From Tubiluchus corallicola (lineage: Eukaryota > Animalia > Priapulida): a DNA stretch of 64,000 nucleotides. The stretch lies in the NCBI GenBank assembly GCA_030141605.1, contig JAQGDQ010000212.1:124001-188000 (forward strand), in the 5' to 3' direction. The notes beneath the pieces were generated by a model that was given only the letters and a program-made list of their open reading frames with translations, was not told the origin of the DNA and searched no databases. The position numbers and the translations under genes were made by a program. Below, piece by piece: positions 40,696-54,385 of this stretch (the stretch's first letter is position 1; every line of letters begins with the position of its first letter).

Positions 40696-41593
40696 TTGGT
40701 ATTGAAATGTTGGGAATTTTTGAGCATTTTTGCTTACCGGAGATCTGGGTATTGTTTCTGTACACGTCTGTACAGTAGAAGGCAAATAAATAAATTAGGT
40801 TGGGTCAGCGTAGTAGTTATTGTTAGGTTAACTCCCATATGCACAATTGCTGACGATAATAACTAGTTTTGGGCTCTTTGGGTGGAACATTTCAAACTCG
40901 AAAGTTTATCGACTTGCCGTGACCGATGAGAGTCCCTCTTTCTGGTGACATGTTGTCACACAACGTCACACTTCTCACATTCTGTGAGTGACAGTTTCGC
41001 CCAAAAAGTGGAGGTAATTACAGATCACAGACGACACTTTTGCTGCTTATGACTGATTCGTCTTTTAAATTCTAGTTAAATTACATAAGTAGGTCTCACT
41101 TTGTTGTGTGTAATTACGTAAGGAAAATTAGCAAGTCAAGTTGGTCACGTGGTCGCTGATTAGCGAATAGCAGTTGAACTAATTTCTGTTTTTACTCTCA
41201 TTTTTGTAGCATTTTTCTTACGGAAAGTCAAAAGGGCAAAATTACAAAAGAGCGCACGTACGCAAAAAATGTCTTACAGCGTAGGTGATGCATTTTGACA
41301 CATCCTTCATTGTGTACATTGGGAGTACTGTTGAGAGAGCGCTAAGCTGGAGAGGCCACGCATAGCTTTTCGTTTAAAAAGATCTTTACCTGAAAGCACA
41401 GCACGTGTTTCATGAAACGGTCACTGCGAATGTAGAGTCTACTGACGAGTGTCTACCGAGCTGGAGAGGCCACACAAAATTATTCGCTAAAAGGCCACTT
41501 GCACTAAACTAGTCTTCCAGGCAGAAAAACAACAAGGCTGAGTTATGGTGGACGATTTAATCAGTCTACTCATGAACGACAATGGGTAATAGT

Positions 41594-42022
<429 letters not shown>

Positions 42023-44289
42023 GTAATAGTTGATACTAGATACACGTAAATTATTAGCTATTAGTTGGGAAAACAAAAACCTGCAATTACAGGATTAATT
42101 GTATATAATTTCAAAAAGTAAGACTAAAAAAACTTAAACGAAAATAAATTTTTGCAATTTAAAGTTCCGAAACTTCACAATTTACGCTCAAATCTGAAAA
42201 CGTGTAAATAATTATTGCCTGTCAATAGTAGATTTTTAATCATACTGTTACAGGAATTGCATCGGTCTATAACAGCTTGTTGAGATGGGCGGACAATTTT
42301 ATTGCTAGCAATGTACAAGTAGGTAATAAATACGATGTCAACCCTCTAATAATAACCCCACACCTACATTTTACAACTATGACTCGCCCATTAACAATTA
42401 TGAACTACACTGTATAATTTACTACTGTTGATATTTGAGAAAAATTTAAGTGGTTTCAGTGTTAATGGCAGTTATCAAAGGATTTTTATGCTATACATAA
42501 CATTTTTAAAAACGGATTAGTACTTGATTCCACTCGGTTTTTTTCTGGACAGTTCCAGAAAAGCTGATTTACAAACCCAATTTCCCCCGGAACTCTTATC
42601 TGTGGAATTTTCTACGAAGATGCTGTTTCCTTGACAACAGCTTCTTCATCTACTATAGAAGGGTACAGGTGCCATCTGTCCCTCGCAAACTTCTTATAAA
42701 GAATAAGGGCCTTTCCACGTTTTCACTGTAGCCCCCAAACAAGCCTAAAGTCGCCCATGGCCATATTTTAGCCAGAGTAGATGAATACAATTAAAGGAAA
42801 GACCAAGCCATCTAGGAAATTAGACTTATTTCAGTGTTCGCAAAAAACGTTAGATCGATTTGGTAATAAAAGTTTGATAAGCGCCTCGTATGATTACTAA
42901 AATCACGTTAAAGTCACGATCATTTCATGCTTGAGCTTTTCCATTTTTAACGGTCATTCTTCCACCAATGACGTCATTCATCGGCCGAAGAAAAGCAGCC
43001 AACGGTCAATTCCTTAAAAAGTATAATAAGATTTTGCAAAGAAATAGATAGTTAATTCTGTGATACGTTTGCATGAACACTAGATAAGCTGCAGAAGTTT
43101 GAATTAATTTAAGCAGAAGTAAAATCCGTTTTTATTAAATTTTAAAACCAAAGCAAACGAAGTATGGATTGCCTGGTTTTGAACCAGGGACCATTAGACT
43201 ACAAGTGCAACGTCATGAGCACCAAACCATTAAATCATGTCAGGTATTAATTAAATTATAACAGCTCATCCCAATCCAACAATTTCAAGAGTTTAATAAA
43301 TTAGTTTAATTTCGCTAGGATAACTAACCAATCAATTTGACTAATTTTTGTGATTATTTTACAGGCTGAAATGAAGAGCCTGGTTGCTGAATTAGCTAAT
43401 TGCACCGAACAATAAATCAAGTCGCTGGTTCAAATCCACGATTTTTAAAATTTTATTCATTTAACCACTTATTTTAATTTCAAACGGCGTTACGGGTTTA
43501 TTCAACTTATTCTGAATTTCAAATTGTTAATTGTTCAGTGCACATTTTGCAGCCAATCTATTCACACGAATAAAGTTTAATCTTCATATTAAACCCATCG
43601 ATTGCTGTAAAATTTATTTATTAGCATAATTATTAGCAAATTAGCATATTTATTAGCAAATCTTATTACAAGCAGGTGATATAAATGTTCCTGGTAATTA
43701 AATTTGTAATGAATGGGCTGAATTCTAATTGAAAGAAACTCTTACTTCTTATATCTGAAATACTGATATTTGCATGATGTATTGTATCACGTGACGTGCT
43801 GCTGTCCACAGGTAAATTTTATACACTCACATATTCCATAAATTTCTTTGATCACACGGTCTCTTGTATTTTAATGTGAACGTATGCTAACAATTCAGCA
43901 CGAATACTCGTTAATTTATGGCTAACTAAGCAGAATTTAACAGAAAGCAAACAGTATTTTTTTTCGCAGGGTTTCGAACTCGGGTCTTTTGCATTTTACA
44001 CTGGCGTGCGAACAAGGAACTTGCAACAGCAGCCGAGAAAGACAGCGTACAAATGGTACGTTGTTATTTGTGAGGTTTTTTTTGGTAGGTCATGATTAGC
44101 TTTTTTCTATCGAGTGTCTTATCTGTGGAATTTTGGTTCCCTGTTAATGGAAGCCTCCGCTTGTTACAAGAACTACAGTAGCGACAATCACAAGTTGTAA
44201 ACTGAATTGCAGTTTGGACTGCAATGGACAGCAAGCATCACTATAGTTGAATGGAAAACCTTCAAAAGGAACGGGCACCATAATCGTTT

Positions 44290-44805
44290 ATATTGTCGTC
44301 ATCATTATCATCATCATCATCACCATGATCATCATGATCATCATCGTCGTTATTGTTATCATCTTCTTCATCGTCGCTGACATCATTATCGTCATCATTG
44401 TTATTATCTTCATTATCATCATCATCATCATCACCATGATCATCATCGTCATTATTGTGATCATTGTTATTATCTTCATTATCATCATCATAAACGTTAA
44501 CATCATCATCATCACCACCAGCAATGTCGTCTTCATTCATCGTCATCATCATCATCATCACCATCACCACCACCACCACCACCACCACAAATGTCGTCCT
44601 CATTCATCGTCATCATCATCATCATCATCATCGTCATAATCATCATTATTGTTATCATCTTCTTCATCGTCGCTGACATCATTATCGTCATCATCATCGT
44701 CATCATCATCATCATCACCACCACCACCACCAATGTCGTCTTCATTCATCGTCATCATCATCATCATGGACAATTTCATTGCACACTCATCATCCTCATC
44801 GTCAG
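44290..44805. repeat. Compound (ATC)n/(ACC)n microsatellite
   Basis: Direct inspection. Confidence 0.95.
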
Positions 44806-46650
44806 AGTAGGACAAAAGGCTACTTTCAAATAGTAGCCCAAGCGTTTTTTTCAGGACTATTACTTTAATCGGTTTGTTAGCCAACTATGTTTTTCCGGCG
44901 AAAATAAAAACGAAGTTGGAAAATTTCTTCTTTTCAAGTCGACACATTTTCCACGCCATGAGAAGCACAGAAAACATCTCAGCAATAAAAACACACACGC
45001 ATTATGTGCTTAGGCGCCTACGGGGGACTTTGTATTTAAAAAATAAAACCAAATCTCTGCGTGCAAAGAAATTTCTCAGGTTGAGTTTTCCTGCACAAGA
45101 GAGATTCTGTTCAGGTACAGTATACCCGGTTTACCTGCACAAGAGAGTTTCTGTTTAGGTACAGCATACCTGAGCTAATTGACTCAACTTGAATGACTGC
45201 TTTCAGCCTTGACGAATAATACTCGAGTGTGAGTCACTCCCCTCCCCTCTCCTCTTCCAAGACCTCTTTCTGCTCAAATACTGGTTAATAACACACACAG
45301 GCGTCTTTGTGTAATGATGTGAGCTTATCTCTCCTTCCTGTTGGAGCCTCGAGACTTAGGCAAGCAAAAAGGAAACAAATTACGAAAAAAATTCTGGGCG
45401 GTTTTGAAAGGAAAAACCGGCATGATTTTGCAGGATGTCCCAAATATCTGATTCTCAAAAGTTTACATTAACAGTTTTGTAAAAAAACTGAACAACTGGT
45501 AGTTAGACATTCAAAGCGTTTTTTCTGATGGATTCTTAGGAACGGGAACGGATGTTTACAAATCCCAGATTTTTCTGATGGACTGATGATTACGTATGAC
45601 TGCATCCCAGTGAACTACAATCTCGCCCGTTTCAAGAACATTGTTAATATGTAATTTGTCATAACAAATTAAATAGTATAATCAATTTAAACTTAAACTC
45701 AAACTTGCTCTTAAACTAGCCAACAAATCAGCCGATTATCGAATTGAATTGAATTGTTCGACTGGAACAATGAGTTCTTAGCTTTATTTCTAAAGGCATT
45801 AAGTCATAGAGAACTTTTGGCAGCTGATGATTCCAGACAACAGAACTTCGATCGAGCTGGATTACACTAGACGCTATAGACAGGTTGCAGTCTGAGCGAC
45901 CATCAAGCTTGAGGGGCCTTCAAACTTTGCCAACTTTTGGTAAAAAAAACGATGTTTTTTTCACTTCGGTTGTGCTGAAATATGTGCCGATTTGGTTTGC
46001 AATAAATAGCAAAATAATGGCATTTCTAAAGGAATATTTTTATTGATAAACAAAAGATATTCATTGTGGTTTATTTAAAGATTTTGTAATGCTCACTTCA
46101 AGATTTGTAAATGTCGCTAAAACATTACCTCGAAGTAAAAATATTCAAGAGGAGTCGGTCGACTTCTGAGGAGGAGGGGTGCATAATTTCATTAGCCTAG
46201 AGTCCCAGAACGTCATAATCTGGTCCTCGTTTTAATATCTAATAAATTGAAAGTTTGCTGATTTTATCGTTACTGATTTTAAATTTATGCACAGTTTTAT
46301 AAATCGATTTGTGTATGTTTGTTTATTGAGCCACTATTACATACATTACATTACAAACAAATAAACACAACAGATTTAATGAACAGTGAAATAGATGTTT
46401 ACTCGAGAGAAAACACCTTTATAAAGAAACATTGTGTCTGGAATATACAAAACCATTAACAATTAATTCATAGAAGTACTAAAAATAGTTATCACAACAA
46501 TATTACATAAAGTAGTAATAATAACTCTTTACACAATTGTATCTAGATTTTATTTAGACAATAACTGATTCCTAGTCTGAAAGCTTGATAATTTTGAAGA
46601 AAATCACTGAAAGAAAGAAATAAATTAAAGTAATTATCGGAATCTCTCAC

Positions 46651-46699
46651 CTCTCTTTTTCCTGCTCTTTCGTATCCTGACCGGACATAGGAACGCCAT
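46651..46699 (-). CDS. Dlish: Dlish first coding exon (MAFLCPVRIRKSRKKR)
   Basis: ATG at 46699 and donor g|gtgaga at 46650. Phase 1 matches the exon 2 acceptor. MAFLCPVR is the conserved Dlish N-terminus with the Cys + basic membrane-targeting motif. Confidence 0.9.
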
Positions 46700-46959
46700 A
46701 TTGGAGCCTCTTTTGTCAGTTCAGATGCTTGGCACACACTCGACCAGTATCCGTCACGACGGAACAGTTAAAAACACGAATGTAACCGGTTCCACCTCTT
46801 TTCACACCGAGTATCTCTCGCAAGAAGATGTTGCTCGAATTTTCACCTCAAATTTTCCATGATGGCAGAAACGATAAAATACCTGGACGATTTTTGAAAT
46901 GTTTCACTACGTGTGTTTCTTGTTCAAGCAGTAGGTAGAGATTTCTCTGTTCAAACATC

Positions 46960-47100
46960 ACCGCGCTGCTCCGTTCCACAACAGTCAGCGGCCGCCCGTT
47001 TGCACACCTGTATGTTAATTACCCTAGCTCGCGCATGCGCATGTCGGCCAGGCGCTAATTTAAAAGCAATTTTTTTGGCGTGCGAGCGGTTTTAGGTCAT
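46960..47100 (-). promoter_or_regulatory. CpG-rich putative Dlish promoter with NRF1-type site
   Basis: Local CpG enrichment and gcgcatgcgc at 47031-47040, ~330 bp upstream of the ATG. Confidence 0.5.
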
Positions 47101-50061
47101 TGGGTGCAATCCGTGTAACTGAATGTGAGAGATTTAAATCGAGACGTTTTAGGCAAATTTTCAGAATTGCGTAACTTAATGCACAAGAGTCTTAACGCAA
47201 ATTTATATAGTATTATTCGTTTTTTTATTATTTACACTTGAAAATTCCACTGTTCAAAGGGATATTAAAATAACTGAGCAAAGCAAAGGGCACAGAGAAA
47301 TTTATGTGTAAATAATATAAAAACCTTGTGTAATTCCCCCCCCCCTTTTTCTTAGTACAACCTTTCAAATCCCTGCTGCATGATAAACTGCAGTGGGTGT
47401 TTGAAACATAGTGTTTTTCATCGTTTTAGTTGTCGATTATCTTATTTGAAAAAGCGTTTTTAAGACATGATGAACATATACTATGTAATGGTCATGTCAT
47501 TGAAAATGAGGCCCAATGAAAGACAATTTATTTTAAATACTAATAATTAAACTTTTCATTCAAATAATTAACAGGAGCGATTTAAAAATATTTGCTTTTT
47601 TAGTAGTTGCTTTGTTTGTCTATAGTGTCATTATATTTCAAAATTGAAATTTTGTGTATGTCTTGTTTTTTCTTATATTGTATGTATTTTTGATACTATA
47701 AATATGTAAATATTATAATAACTAAACACAAAAGCTTTGATTGTATAAAAAAGCTATACTAGAATAGAAAGTGTGAGAAATTTCACACACCACAAGGGTA
47801 GTTGCAATCTAATAGTACTAGGATTACCATCTATAGGTTTACTAAATATCAAATTATTTTTGTCATTGTTTTTATATGATTTTATGCTTACATGATTTTA
47901 CGGAACAAAGAAATATTTATTCGCTTTTATTTGCTGCAGGACAGAATAGGGCAAGACGATACATCGCAGTACAGACCAGAACAGAACAGAATGGACCGGA
48001 ACGGAACAGAAAGGAATGTAACATATCGGAACTGCAGGATACTGAGTGGAACAGAGCAGAATACAGCAGACCAGACACAATAAAACTGCTACCTGTCAGA
48101 TAGCATTAAAAACAATATATATTTCATAAATAGGTTAATATCGTGCTGCCGTCTATTGTTCGAAATATTACGAAATAGTTAACTAGTGTTTTCTGTGGTC
48201 AAAAGATGCCGCCATATGACTACCTGAAATTTTTCGTAGCTTCCCTGTGTACTAGAACTAGAAAACAAAACAGCCGGATGCTATAATACGCTCTATTAAG
48301 CAAAGACTGTATTACATTTAATTAAGCCTAATAATTAGTGTAGACACTTGTTAAAATCAACTTTTATCAAACTCTTCGCTGGCTTACAAACTCACAAAAT
48401 GTTAGAAACGTCGTACCTGCTCTTCGGCATTTCGCAGGGACGTATCAAGCTTCTCTGTACAACATTTTAGGCTGATAGTTCTGTCCCGCACTTTTGGAAT
48501 TTAGAAAAGATTTACTCTGCCTCCTGTTTTAACAATTCTTATTACGTTAATAAGTACGTCGCCTATTTAATTTTAACTACATTATTTTAATATTGTTTAT
48601 TGTTTATCACATAAAAACACCATTACAATTATATAATAAGATATACTATATACAATTGTACAAACTGAAAACAAAAATTACTACAATTACTTGTTACTTA
48701 AGCAGTCAATTATTAGTGAACAAATGATCTAACTGCTTGCAGCTGAGCTAAAAGCTAGAACTAAAAGCCCAACTGCAATAATTAATAGAAGACATTTCGA
48801 GATACCAGACTTCTCTCCCGATATCTAAAAGTGCACGCTAATTAAAAATGAAAATTACCCGATAATTAAATTAAATACAAGAATTACTTACAGTTCAATT
48901 AATATTAGATGATTGTTTGACACATTTCCATTAACACGTTAACATAAACGTATGATTCATTATTTTAGCTTACAATTTATCTAAATGATGTGGAATATTA
49001 CATGTGTTACATAAGTTTGTTTAATGTATCCAAACTTTAAGTTTAAGATGAATATAATTAGGGCCTGTATATCAGCAAATTTTATGTGTTTAGCCCCAAA
49101 TTATTCGAGGTCTGTTGGTCAAAATCAGGTGGCATTTTGATGGTGTACATGGTATATTTCTAATGTTTTAGGTAGATTAATAACTGATAGTTGCTTCATG
49201 CTACTGATGTATTTATGTAGGACCAGTTTTCTATGCAAACTTGTTACATGCCTCAAATTTGCAGACCTTTTTTAATATTATGAGGCTAACTTCTTCTTTA
49301 ATTCGACTTGCTAATTAATAATTTAAGCTATCTTAGTTAACTACTTGCATAAAGAAATTGTTGTCTCATGTTTAGTGTAGAAATTAGCTTCATGCTCAGC
49401 TGATTTACATAAACACACTAAAAGGGCTATATCAGATACATAATTATGAACTGATGAGTGTGATCTTTTTATTATTATTGTAGTAATTATAATGTAGTAA
49501 TTTCTAACTTCAGTTTTTAGCACTCCACTGTTATTTTTACTTTAACAAATGTGGAGAATCCGTTTTATTGCTGTGTTAGATTCTAGCTGCGTATAATCTA
49601 TACACCTAAAAAACTACATTGGGTAATTAAATTGACGGAGCTAGTTAAAGGTATATTGTAATCAAGCTTTGATTTGTCTGTACTCTGTCAAGTTATGTTA
49701 CTGAATATAATAATAAAAGATATATGAATATTATGATATATGAAAAGGTTAAGTGAAAGACAGCAACGTATCTCAACTGCAACCATCACGTGACCTGTAT
49801 AAATTAAAGGTTTCTGCCACATAAGTTCAGTGACTTCAGTTGTTTTGCGTGGACTTTACTTAATTATGCATTAGTCTGTGCAAAGGATGATTTGCTAGCT
49901 GGATCTTGCTTGAGAACAAGAAAAAAGAACTAGGTAAGGTGCTAGACTGTTACTATTACAACAGCATGAGCTGTGAGGCGTTGTCTCAACATTTGACCTT
50001 TTCACGATCATCATCAATCGCTGGAACTATGAAAAATCTTATTTATCAAATATCATTGTTC

Positions 50062-50120
<59 letters not shown>

Positions 50121-50295
50121 TAAGTCGAACATTGGAGCAAGATATTATCAAGCACTGCAATATTGTAACACTGCAAATGTGCTAAAGGTAGCCGTAATGA
50201 AGATATAGGACTATCATTCCACATATTCAGCGTAATCTAGATAACTCTGTCAGCCGTTTAAACACTCTCTGATACTAAATACACAAAACAGACGG

Positions 50296-50501
50296 TTCTC
50301 AAGAAAAAGTGCATTTCCTGGAAGCCGCGTTCATTTATCAAATCTTGTGTCTGTTACCAAATACCAATGCTTGCTGTAGGCTAAAAATACACAGGCGAAC
50401 GGGGAAAACCGAAAGTTACAGACATACTGCGCAGTGTACATTGTAGCATACATTTTAAACACGATGATTTATGCAAGTCACGTGACTAAAGGTGATGCAA
50501 T
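50296..50501 (+). promoter_or_regulatory. Cluster of immune/stress transcription-factor motifs upstream of the LRAT-like gene
   Basis: TTCTCAAGAA 50296-305 (STAT6-type), TTCCTGGAA 50315-323 (GAS), GGGGAAAACC 50401-410 (kB) overlapping GAAAACCGAAAGT 50404-416 (IRF-E/ISRE), GTCACGTGAC 50477-486 (E-box) and TGATGCAAT 50493-501 (C/EBP-ATF). Confidence 0.55.
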
Positions 50502-50627
50502 CAGTGGCTTGGTAAGGCAGCATTCAGTGAAGTTCAACTCTCAAAAGTTGATAAAGTTTCATCCTGATAACGTATTAAAATTGTGAAATTCAAATTCTGC
50601 TGTATAACACAGTTAAGGTTACTTATC

Positions 50628-52452
50628 ATGCCTTTGTTCCACACAGTAAACAGGTAAGTACAAGTAGTTTTTTAAATCTAAAAGTTACGATGCCGTTTTT
50701 AGGCCTATAAATGGTGCGGATCAGTGGCTCTTTATTTCACTGTAACAGTTTATAATGATTGATGAGTTGGAGTATTGTTGTAATCATTCATTCATTCATT
50801 CGCTCAGCCTTTCTTTCTTTCCCTCTGCCTTTATTTTTTTCTTTCCTTCTTTTTTCTTAAATTTCATTCATTCATTTGCTTTGTTTATTTAATTCTATCC
50901 ACCCCATTTCTATATATTCTGTGGCTTTTTATCTTTCAGTACTATCATCTACAAATTTATCATCTGAAATACCACCTGTTTACAATATGAAATTCCAAAT
51001 GAAAAACGCCCCAAAACGATTCATATTTTGAAAAGAGTCCGAAGACCGAACAACAACAAAAACCGAGTCTGTTTTCGGGCTGTGACTTTCCAGATATAAA
51101 GATCATACCAGGGAGTTTTAAAGCAAAAGAAAACACTTTTCATAAACAAAGTTTAAAAATTCGTTTTAGAATTTCATGTCACTTACATGCTGTCTTACTA
51201 CGCACAGAGCTTATAAAACTTGTAAATTTAAACTTCCATTTAAATGATGACTTTTTGGCACAGCCATTTTGACAATAAGTCGTTTGAAACGAGTTTAGAT
51301 AAAATTTGGAATAATAATCAGAGCATTCGTAGTCCACTGTTCACTGACTAAGCAAAAGTATAACGTACTTTACTTGTCAATAAGATCAATAATGGGTTTT
51401 TGGTGAGTCACTGGTGCATACTGGGATTGTGATACAGTACCGTTCTACCAGGTGGAACGAACTAGTTACCTAACTAGTTACTACCTTTCTAGTTACATAA
51501 GTCTTTCAAACAAATGTTATGAGCTGGAGTTGATTACAAAAACATGGTGAATAAACGGAGATGCATTTGCGACATTACTTCATTTTTATTGCCAGTGAGC
51601 ACAAAATAACAAAAACAAAACATCGGGGCTGTCATCCTCAACAGCCGACATGGCTTTCACCTCAATAACAACTAACTAACTAGGTCAAAAGCAAGTTACA
51701 GTACACAGATGAGAAGCCAACCTGGCGCTTAAATTAGAATCGGCAGGCGGGTCATAACACAAGTAAGAACAACGCTTTAATATAACTTTATAAGGAAAGT
51801 TTTCTTGGAATATACGTGTATTTTAGAATTCCCTTTTCTTCCCCTTTGACATTCGGTCATACATCCGTATTGAAAACAACTAAGTCATTTAATTTCCAGG
51901 AATGACCTAAAGCCTGGTGATCACATATACGTATGGAGGAGTGTGTTCTATGCTCACCATGGAATATACATCGGTAACGATGAGGTTATTCACTTTACTG
52001 GACCCTGCAAAGAAAGCAAAAGAGAAGCACGCGTCTATCGCAATTCTTTGGACGAATTCCTACAGGGTGGAACATTGAAAAAGTACGAATACGACAGTTC
52101 GATTCTTGCGGTGGGAGCAAAACTTTCAGGCACCTGTTGCGTACACAAAAGAGATGATCCAGGAGACATTGTCAAAAGAGCTAAAGAGTTTTACGAAAAG
52201 CAAGATTATACAGAAAAATATGGCAAATACCATGCTCTAGGCAACAACTGTGAGATGTTTGCACTGACGTGCTGCCTGGGTGAAAAAATGAAAAATGACA
52301 ATCCTAGGAGGAGACAAGAAATGCCAGGACCACGACAAGCAGTGACACCTGTCGTGGAGACGGCTACATACCCTTACGCTGCAGCGGTGCGCACGATGAC
52401 TGCTACAGGCAGTTATTTGAACACTTCGTTATCCAAGCTATTTAAAAAATAA
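50628..52452 (+). CDS. LRAT/NlpC-P60 (H-box/NC) family protein, putative phospholipase A/acyltransferase, plant LEAD-SENSITIVE-1-like; exons 50628-50653 and 51900-52452, 192 aa
   Basis: Splice ag|gtaagt ... tttccag|g (phase 2) gives MPLFHTVNRNDLKPGDHIYVWRSVFYAHHGIYIGNDEVIHFT...GNNCEMFALTC. The catalytic His (HHGIY), His (VIHF) and Cys (NCE.F) are intact. Confidence 0.9.
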
Positions 52453-52628
52453 TAGATTTGTACAAAGTCGTTCATCAGCAGACTTAGCCAGAGTTTAAAA
52501 AAAGAACAATTACACAGACTACAATAACAAAATATCTTTGCAAGAAATTCTAATGTCTGTGATACAAGTTTGAAAATAAGATAGTGCTCTTTCGAGACTC
52601 GTCATGGTAAAGTTAAGAAGTCAAACTG

Positions 52629-52739
52629 CCCTTAAGATCTCGAAAAATCTTCGTTCTTTTCGCCCCTTTTAGTTGATGAAGTCCCTGAAGGACGAAAGCT
52701 TCTGGGGAAAAAAATAAAAAAATTTTGAGATCTTAAGGG
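52629..52739 (+). other. Inverted repeat enclosing a degenerate minimal hammerhead-like motif (possible Penelope-like element terminus)
   Basis: cccttaagatctcgaaaa / ttttgagatcttaaggg arms enclosing tTGATGAa-gtcc-ctgaa-ggac-GAAA-gctt. Confidence 0.4.
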
Positions 52740-53306
52740 TTTTCACTTATACTATTTCTGATATAATTCTCCTTTTACAGAGTCAACTGTCATGATGAAA
52801 AAAATTCAGGTTAATTTTTTTATGTAAATTATTCAAACAAAAGTCAGTTATTGGATATTACAACATTTGTCGTGATTTGTGCATTTGTAAATGTTAGTAC
52901 AAGTAGTTCGTAAAGTTTTGAGTAACAGTTCAATAACTACATAAAATAGATATTGCCAAATCTCTAGTCGGCCGTATTAGCCTAGCTACGGCTAATGTTT
53001 GTGTTGTTGTGAAAATGGATTTTAAATAAAATGTTGATATGACATGACATGATTTTTCTACAAGTACTTAAGTTATCTCACGATGCTTTAACTTGTTAAA
53101 ATACCCAATTTTTGTAGAATGTAACTGCTGTAATTGTATATATATATAGGGAGTAATTAACTGACACTAGAAACATGCTTCTTGTAGGTTTTTGAACAAA
53201 ACGCCACACACTTACGTATGGTAATTAAGATCAATAAAGAATAAGTTTAATTGGTATACAGAAACATAATAATACGCGATCACAAACAGAACAACATACG
53301 AATAGA

Positions 53307-53620
53307 GGCTGAAGTTGAGTCAGTTGCTACAACATGAGGTGACTCACACAGTAAATCAGCTAGCTTGGCTGAAGTTGAGTCAGTTGCTACTACATCAGCT
53401 GATTCACATAGTAAATCAGCTAGTTTGGCTGAAGTTGAGTCAGTTGCTACTACACGAGCTGACTCACACACTAAACCAGCTATCTCGGCTGAAGTTGAGT
53501 CAGTTGCTACTACACGAGCTGACTCACACACTAAATCAGCTATCTCGGCTGAAGTTGAGTCAGTTGCTACTACACGAGCTGATTCACAAACTAAATCAGC
53601 TAGCTCGGCTAAAGTTGTCT
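53307..53620. repeat. 60-bp tandem repeat (~5 units)
   Basis: ggctgaagttgagtcagttgctactacacgagctgactcacacactaaatcagctatctc repeated. Confidence 0.95.
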
Positions 53621-54033
53621 GACTTTTCAGCTGAATTGGCTTAAAGAAAAAAATCAGCTAAGTCAGCTAATGACCGAAGTTTTGCTATCTAAATGATAAA
53701 AATGTTATCAAACTGTTAAATTATGGAGACAAATTTTTTAAATAATCCGTGTAGTTTATACACAGAAAAAAACCTGATGTACAAATTCAAATAATGCGCT
53801 GCTATAAAAAAAGACTTGGATATATTGCAAATATAATTTAAATCCAACTCTTGGAGAGGCTTATCTTGATTACCGGCGAATCAAGACCAAAATACCAAAA
53901 TGTTTCTATAGGTGTGGCTAATGTTGCCTATTTGTGTATTTAATTTTGAAATTTACCAGCTTTCTCGTTCAAAAATTTCTGAAGTTTAGTATCTCTGCCA
54001 CGTTTGGTTTTGTTACATTTCAACCAGTGATTT

Positions 54034-54385
54034 GTCATCATCATCATCCAATGAATCACACGTCCAGGGACATGATTCTGCTCACCACCCTATGCCAGGA
54101 CTCCCTACTCGCTGCAATGCCCCAAGTGGATTTATTTCTAAGGATCAATGCTAAAGTGTTTAAATCTTTCTGTGCAAAATCTAAGTATGTTAACATTTGT
54201 CCTCCTGCAGGTTTTTAGCTGGTTCTATGGCTTGTTGAAGAGCTATCTTCACTGGAACATCACGAGGTAGTCTAAGCATATGCCCAATCCATCTTAAACG
54301 GCGTCTTTTTATTTTTCTTGTCCAAGGTTCTTCTTTTATTTTTCCATATAGATCTTTGTTTGAAATTTTCTTTGGCCATACAACT
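54034..54385 (-). mobile_element. RTE-clade LINE 3' fragment
   Basis: KISNKDLY...IKRRRLRWIGHMLRLP...KIAL, then ...R..W.... and a (tga)n tail. Confidence 0.85.

Noticed and set aside
53280-53644. ORFs of 20-aa repeats (AEVESVATTRADSHTK...) between the LRAT-like and cGLR genes
   Set aside because: They are open in several frames on both strands because the unit is 60 bp. There are no convincing splice sites or ATG, so this is treated as a minisatellite.
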